DNA from: Fimicolochytrium jonesii
Lineage: Eukaryota
Length of the DNA stretch: 64,000 nucleotides
Direction: 5' to 3'
Assembly: GCF_025526975.1 (NCBI RefSeq)
Contig: NW_026515687.1
Coordinates: 124,001-188,000, forward strand
Shown: positions 60,932 through 64,000 of the stretch, piece after piece
Layout: every line of letters begins with the position of its first letter
Position numbering within the stretch: position 1 is the stretch's first letter
Notes under the pieces: model-generated
What the model was told of the DNA's origin: nothing
The model's input: only the letters and a program-made list of their open reading frames with translations
Databases searched by the model: none
Made by a program: the position numbers and the translations under genes

Positions 60932-63900
60932 ATGTCACCGGTGGTGGAAGATGTACGGGGCAAACGCATTCGCGTCTTCCGGAATGGAGACATGTACGAT
61001 GCCGGCAAGCGTCTTGTCATCAATCCGAGAGTGTATCGTAACTACGAGCAGGTATTGGCTGGTTATTCGTAGTGATGCCGCCTTCATCCAACGTAGCATA
61101 CTGCCAACGGAAAAACTCATCACCCCTGTAATCTCGCAGTTCCTCTCCCGCATCACAGCAGAAATCAACCTCGTAACAGGCGCCGCCCGCCGCGTCTACA
61201 CCCTCGACGGCCAACCCCTCCACACCCTCGACGACATCAAAGACGGGTCCATCTACGTCGCCACCTCCGGCGAGCACCTCAAACGCATCCCTTACCTCAT
61301 CACCACCGACCCAACCCTCGCCGCCATCTCCTCCAGCAACATACGCGGCGGCCCTGGGCGTGCGAGTGGAGTTGGGGTGCGTGATCGAGGGTTGAGCGTT
61401 GCGGCGTCGGATGTGGATGAGGATGAACGCGCGGCGACGGAGGCGGCGCAGAGACCGGCGTACCTCCGTGCGTCGTATTCGAGGAAGAGGCCGTCGGCAT
61501 GGGGTGCCGGGGCGGTGAATCAGCGGTTTGGGACGAGTCGGGTTGTGAAGGCGGCGGATGAGGGGAAGCAGGCGGAGAAGGAGAGGCCGTTGTTTGGCCC
61601 TACGGTTCGTGACTTCTTTTTGCTGAGGCGGACATCTTCCCCCCACTGCAAGGATCATCAAGCTGACATTTGTTGTTTCATGTAGAGCAAGGCATATAGA
61701 GTAACAGTCTTCGTCAACGGCGAAGCAACAACCCCCGGCACCAGCCTCGTCCTGAACTACCGCAACTGCAAAACATACGAGCAGGTACAAGCCTTCTCCT
61801 TCCAATCCCCTTTTCCCATCCCTCACGCTAACCCTCGTCCCTCTAATCCATCGCCAGCTCCTCCGCAACCTCACCGACAACCTCCAAATCAGCGTCCGCA
61901 AGCTCTACGACGCCGAAACGGGCCACCGCATCAGCAGCCTGCGCCAGCTGCACGAGCACCAGAACATTGTCGCGTCCGTTTCGGACGGGTTCAAGCCCGT
62001 TGCGTATTTGATTGAGCATTTCAATCGGGGGAAGGATCCGAGGGGAGAGGATGAGGTTCGTAGTTGAACTTGATGGGGCATTTGTGGGTCGACATTGTGG
62101 GACTTATATATTTCTTGAATCTTGCGTAGGGGCAAAGGGTAGTGACATTTTTCCCGAACGGAGACACTCTCCATCTCGGGCAGAACGTCACCGTCACCCG
62201 GAAAATGTTTCCTACTTTGCAAAGGGTAAGGCCAAAAACATGTTATTGTCCACTCACTCCTCCCCACGCCAACGCATCTCACCCTCAAACCCCCCCTCCG
62301 CAGCTGATCGACCACCTAAACCACAAAATCCGCCTCATAACCGGCTCCATCCACAAACTCTACACCCTCTCCGGCGAACGCATCACCACCATCGACGCCC
62401 TCGAGCACCAGCACGGCTACGTCGTCGTCGCGAAAGACGACCCCTTCATTCGCGCACAGTATAACCTGAACGCGATTGTGCCGTTGGAGCATCCGGAAAG
62501 AAGTGTGGCTGGGAGTGCGGCGGTGAAGAAGATTAGGAGACGGAAGGGTGAGGAGGGAAGTGCGGGGGGCAGTCGGGTTGGGAGTGAGAAGGGTGAACGA
62601 AAGGTGAAGAGGAGGAAGAAGAAGGTGAAGGCGAAGGAAGGCCATATTGAGGAGGAGGAGCATCAACATGAGCCGGTGCATGAAGAGGGACATGCAAAGT
62701 CGCCACAACAACATAGGGAGGAGGATCACCCACCGGCTGAACGTAAGATCGTGTACACAAAACCGACCATCAAACCAGCCGTCGCAGCCGCCCCCGTGGT
62801 TCCCGCACCGGCGCATGCAGGCACTACCTTCCTCACTGAACCCGCACACCCACCGCAACCACAGTACTCCACCCGCGACCTCCCCATCGTCGCCCCGCCT
62901 CCTGCGCCGCAGCATGAACTGAAACCCACCGCCGAGCACCGCGACATCAAAGAACATGCGCACCACGCGGATACGGATGGAGATGGGGATGAACCACCCC
63001 CACAGGGCTTCTTCCGGCACCTTGGCCAGAAAGTCGACCAGATGCTTGACGGCGACGACTCCCCATCTCCCGTCCATGGGGAGAAGAAAGCTCAGAATCC
63101 CCAGGATCGCAAACATCGTAAGAAGCGACCCGATACCGATCAGGAATACGACAGTGGTGACGAACCCCCTTCCTCGGACCATGCGGAAAAAACAAAAACA
63201 ACAACCAAGAGCACCCAAAAACTAAACACGACGCTCGCTAAATCCCGCGACGAGATCCGCGCGGACGCAACAGAGAGCGTACGTAAATCCCGGGCGGCGT
63301 TGCGATCCGGCGGGAGTGGGGGTGATCACGAGTCTTCCACAACAACTCACACCACCACCGCCAAACTCGCCACTACCCGCAAACCCACGAAAACTGAGAG
63401 CAAGAGGCATCATAGGGCATCTTCGGTCCCCTCCTCCGATGGAGAGGATAACAGGGATAGCAGGAAGGATGAGGTAGAAACCGACCCCGAACCAGATGAC
63501 GCAAACGAAGTCTACGGCGACTCGCAGCTGCGGGAGCTTAAATCGACTACGGGGGGGAAGACTGTAAGGAGGGTGAGGAGGGTCAGGCGGAAGGGCGGGG
63601 ATGATGAAGGCGAGGAGGAGGAGGAGGAGGGCGAAGAGGTGGAGGTGGGGCAGAGTGAGGGTGGTGGGAAGACCGGGAAAGTGACGACGACCCGAAAAAT
63701 CCGTGACGGTCGTCGACGCACTACCCGAAAACAGGGCGGTGGCGGTGCTTCCGACGACGACGACAACGATGAAGAGGACGCTAGCGACACCGACCCCCGC
63801 ACTCACGCCAAATACACAACAACGACAACAACGCGCACGGAGACGAGTACACCTAACAGTAAACTCCCCGGCGCGGCAAAGGGCAAAAACGGGTTCCGGT

Positions 63901-64000
63901 TATTCGGGGGGAAGAAGAACAATAACGAAGGGAGCGGGGTTGAGAGTGGTGATGAAGGGAGGAGTGTTGGGGGGAGTGAGTATGATGGGGAGGAGGGGCG
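60932..64000 (+). CDS. Doublecortin-domain protein with three DCX repeats and a long charged tail; runs off the window end
   Basis: DCX1: KRIRVFRNGD..FLSRIT..GAARRVYTLDG..DGSIYVA. DCX2: VTVFVNGE..VRKLYDAETG. DCX3: VTFFPNGD..IHKLYTLSGERI..GYVVV. Confidence 0.88.

Overview
Eukaryotic genomic DNA, most likely from a flagellated early-diverging fungus (chytrid-like). The basis is short GT-AG introns, fungal Chs5, a SARAH-bearing Hippo kinase and a DCX-domain protein. The right ~44 kb (20.2-64 kb) holds ordinary multi-exon host genes: TPMT/HOL-like methyltransferase, caleosin, MARK/Kin1 kinase, DDHD phospholipase, neutral ceramidase, CHS5, EXO1, HOP2, CCA1, an unknown coiled-coil gene, Hippo/MST kinase, an ML/NPC2-like protein, Argonaute and a triple-DCX protein. 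The left ~20 kb is accessory. A HECT-like gene is cut by a short interstitial telomeric tract (TTAGGG/TTAGGA). Immediately after it lies a ~10.4-kb gene-dense, almost intronless, decaying island resembling giant-virus (Nucleocytoviricota) accessory DNA. The island encodes a Cys-repeat surface protein, ankyrin and F-box-like proteins, a beta-class DNA methyltransferase, an SSB-like OB-fold/RING fusion, a spliced H-Y-E ADP-ribosyltransferase split across two ORFs in the track, and an ADP-ribosylglycohydrolase. It also carries its own repeated palindromic intergenic motif. It ends abruptly in a 3'-truncated Ty3/Gypsy element, followed by Ulp1-protease and tyrosine-recombinase relics. No viral core genes (capsid, PolB, packaging ATPase) were recognised, so viral origin is inferred. 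All family assignments come from motif recognition by eye, not database searches, and exon boundaries of multi-exon genes are approximate.
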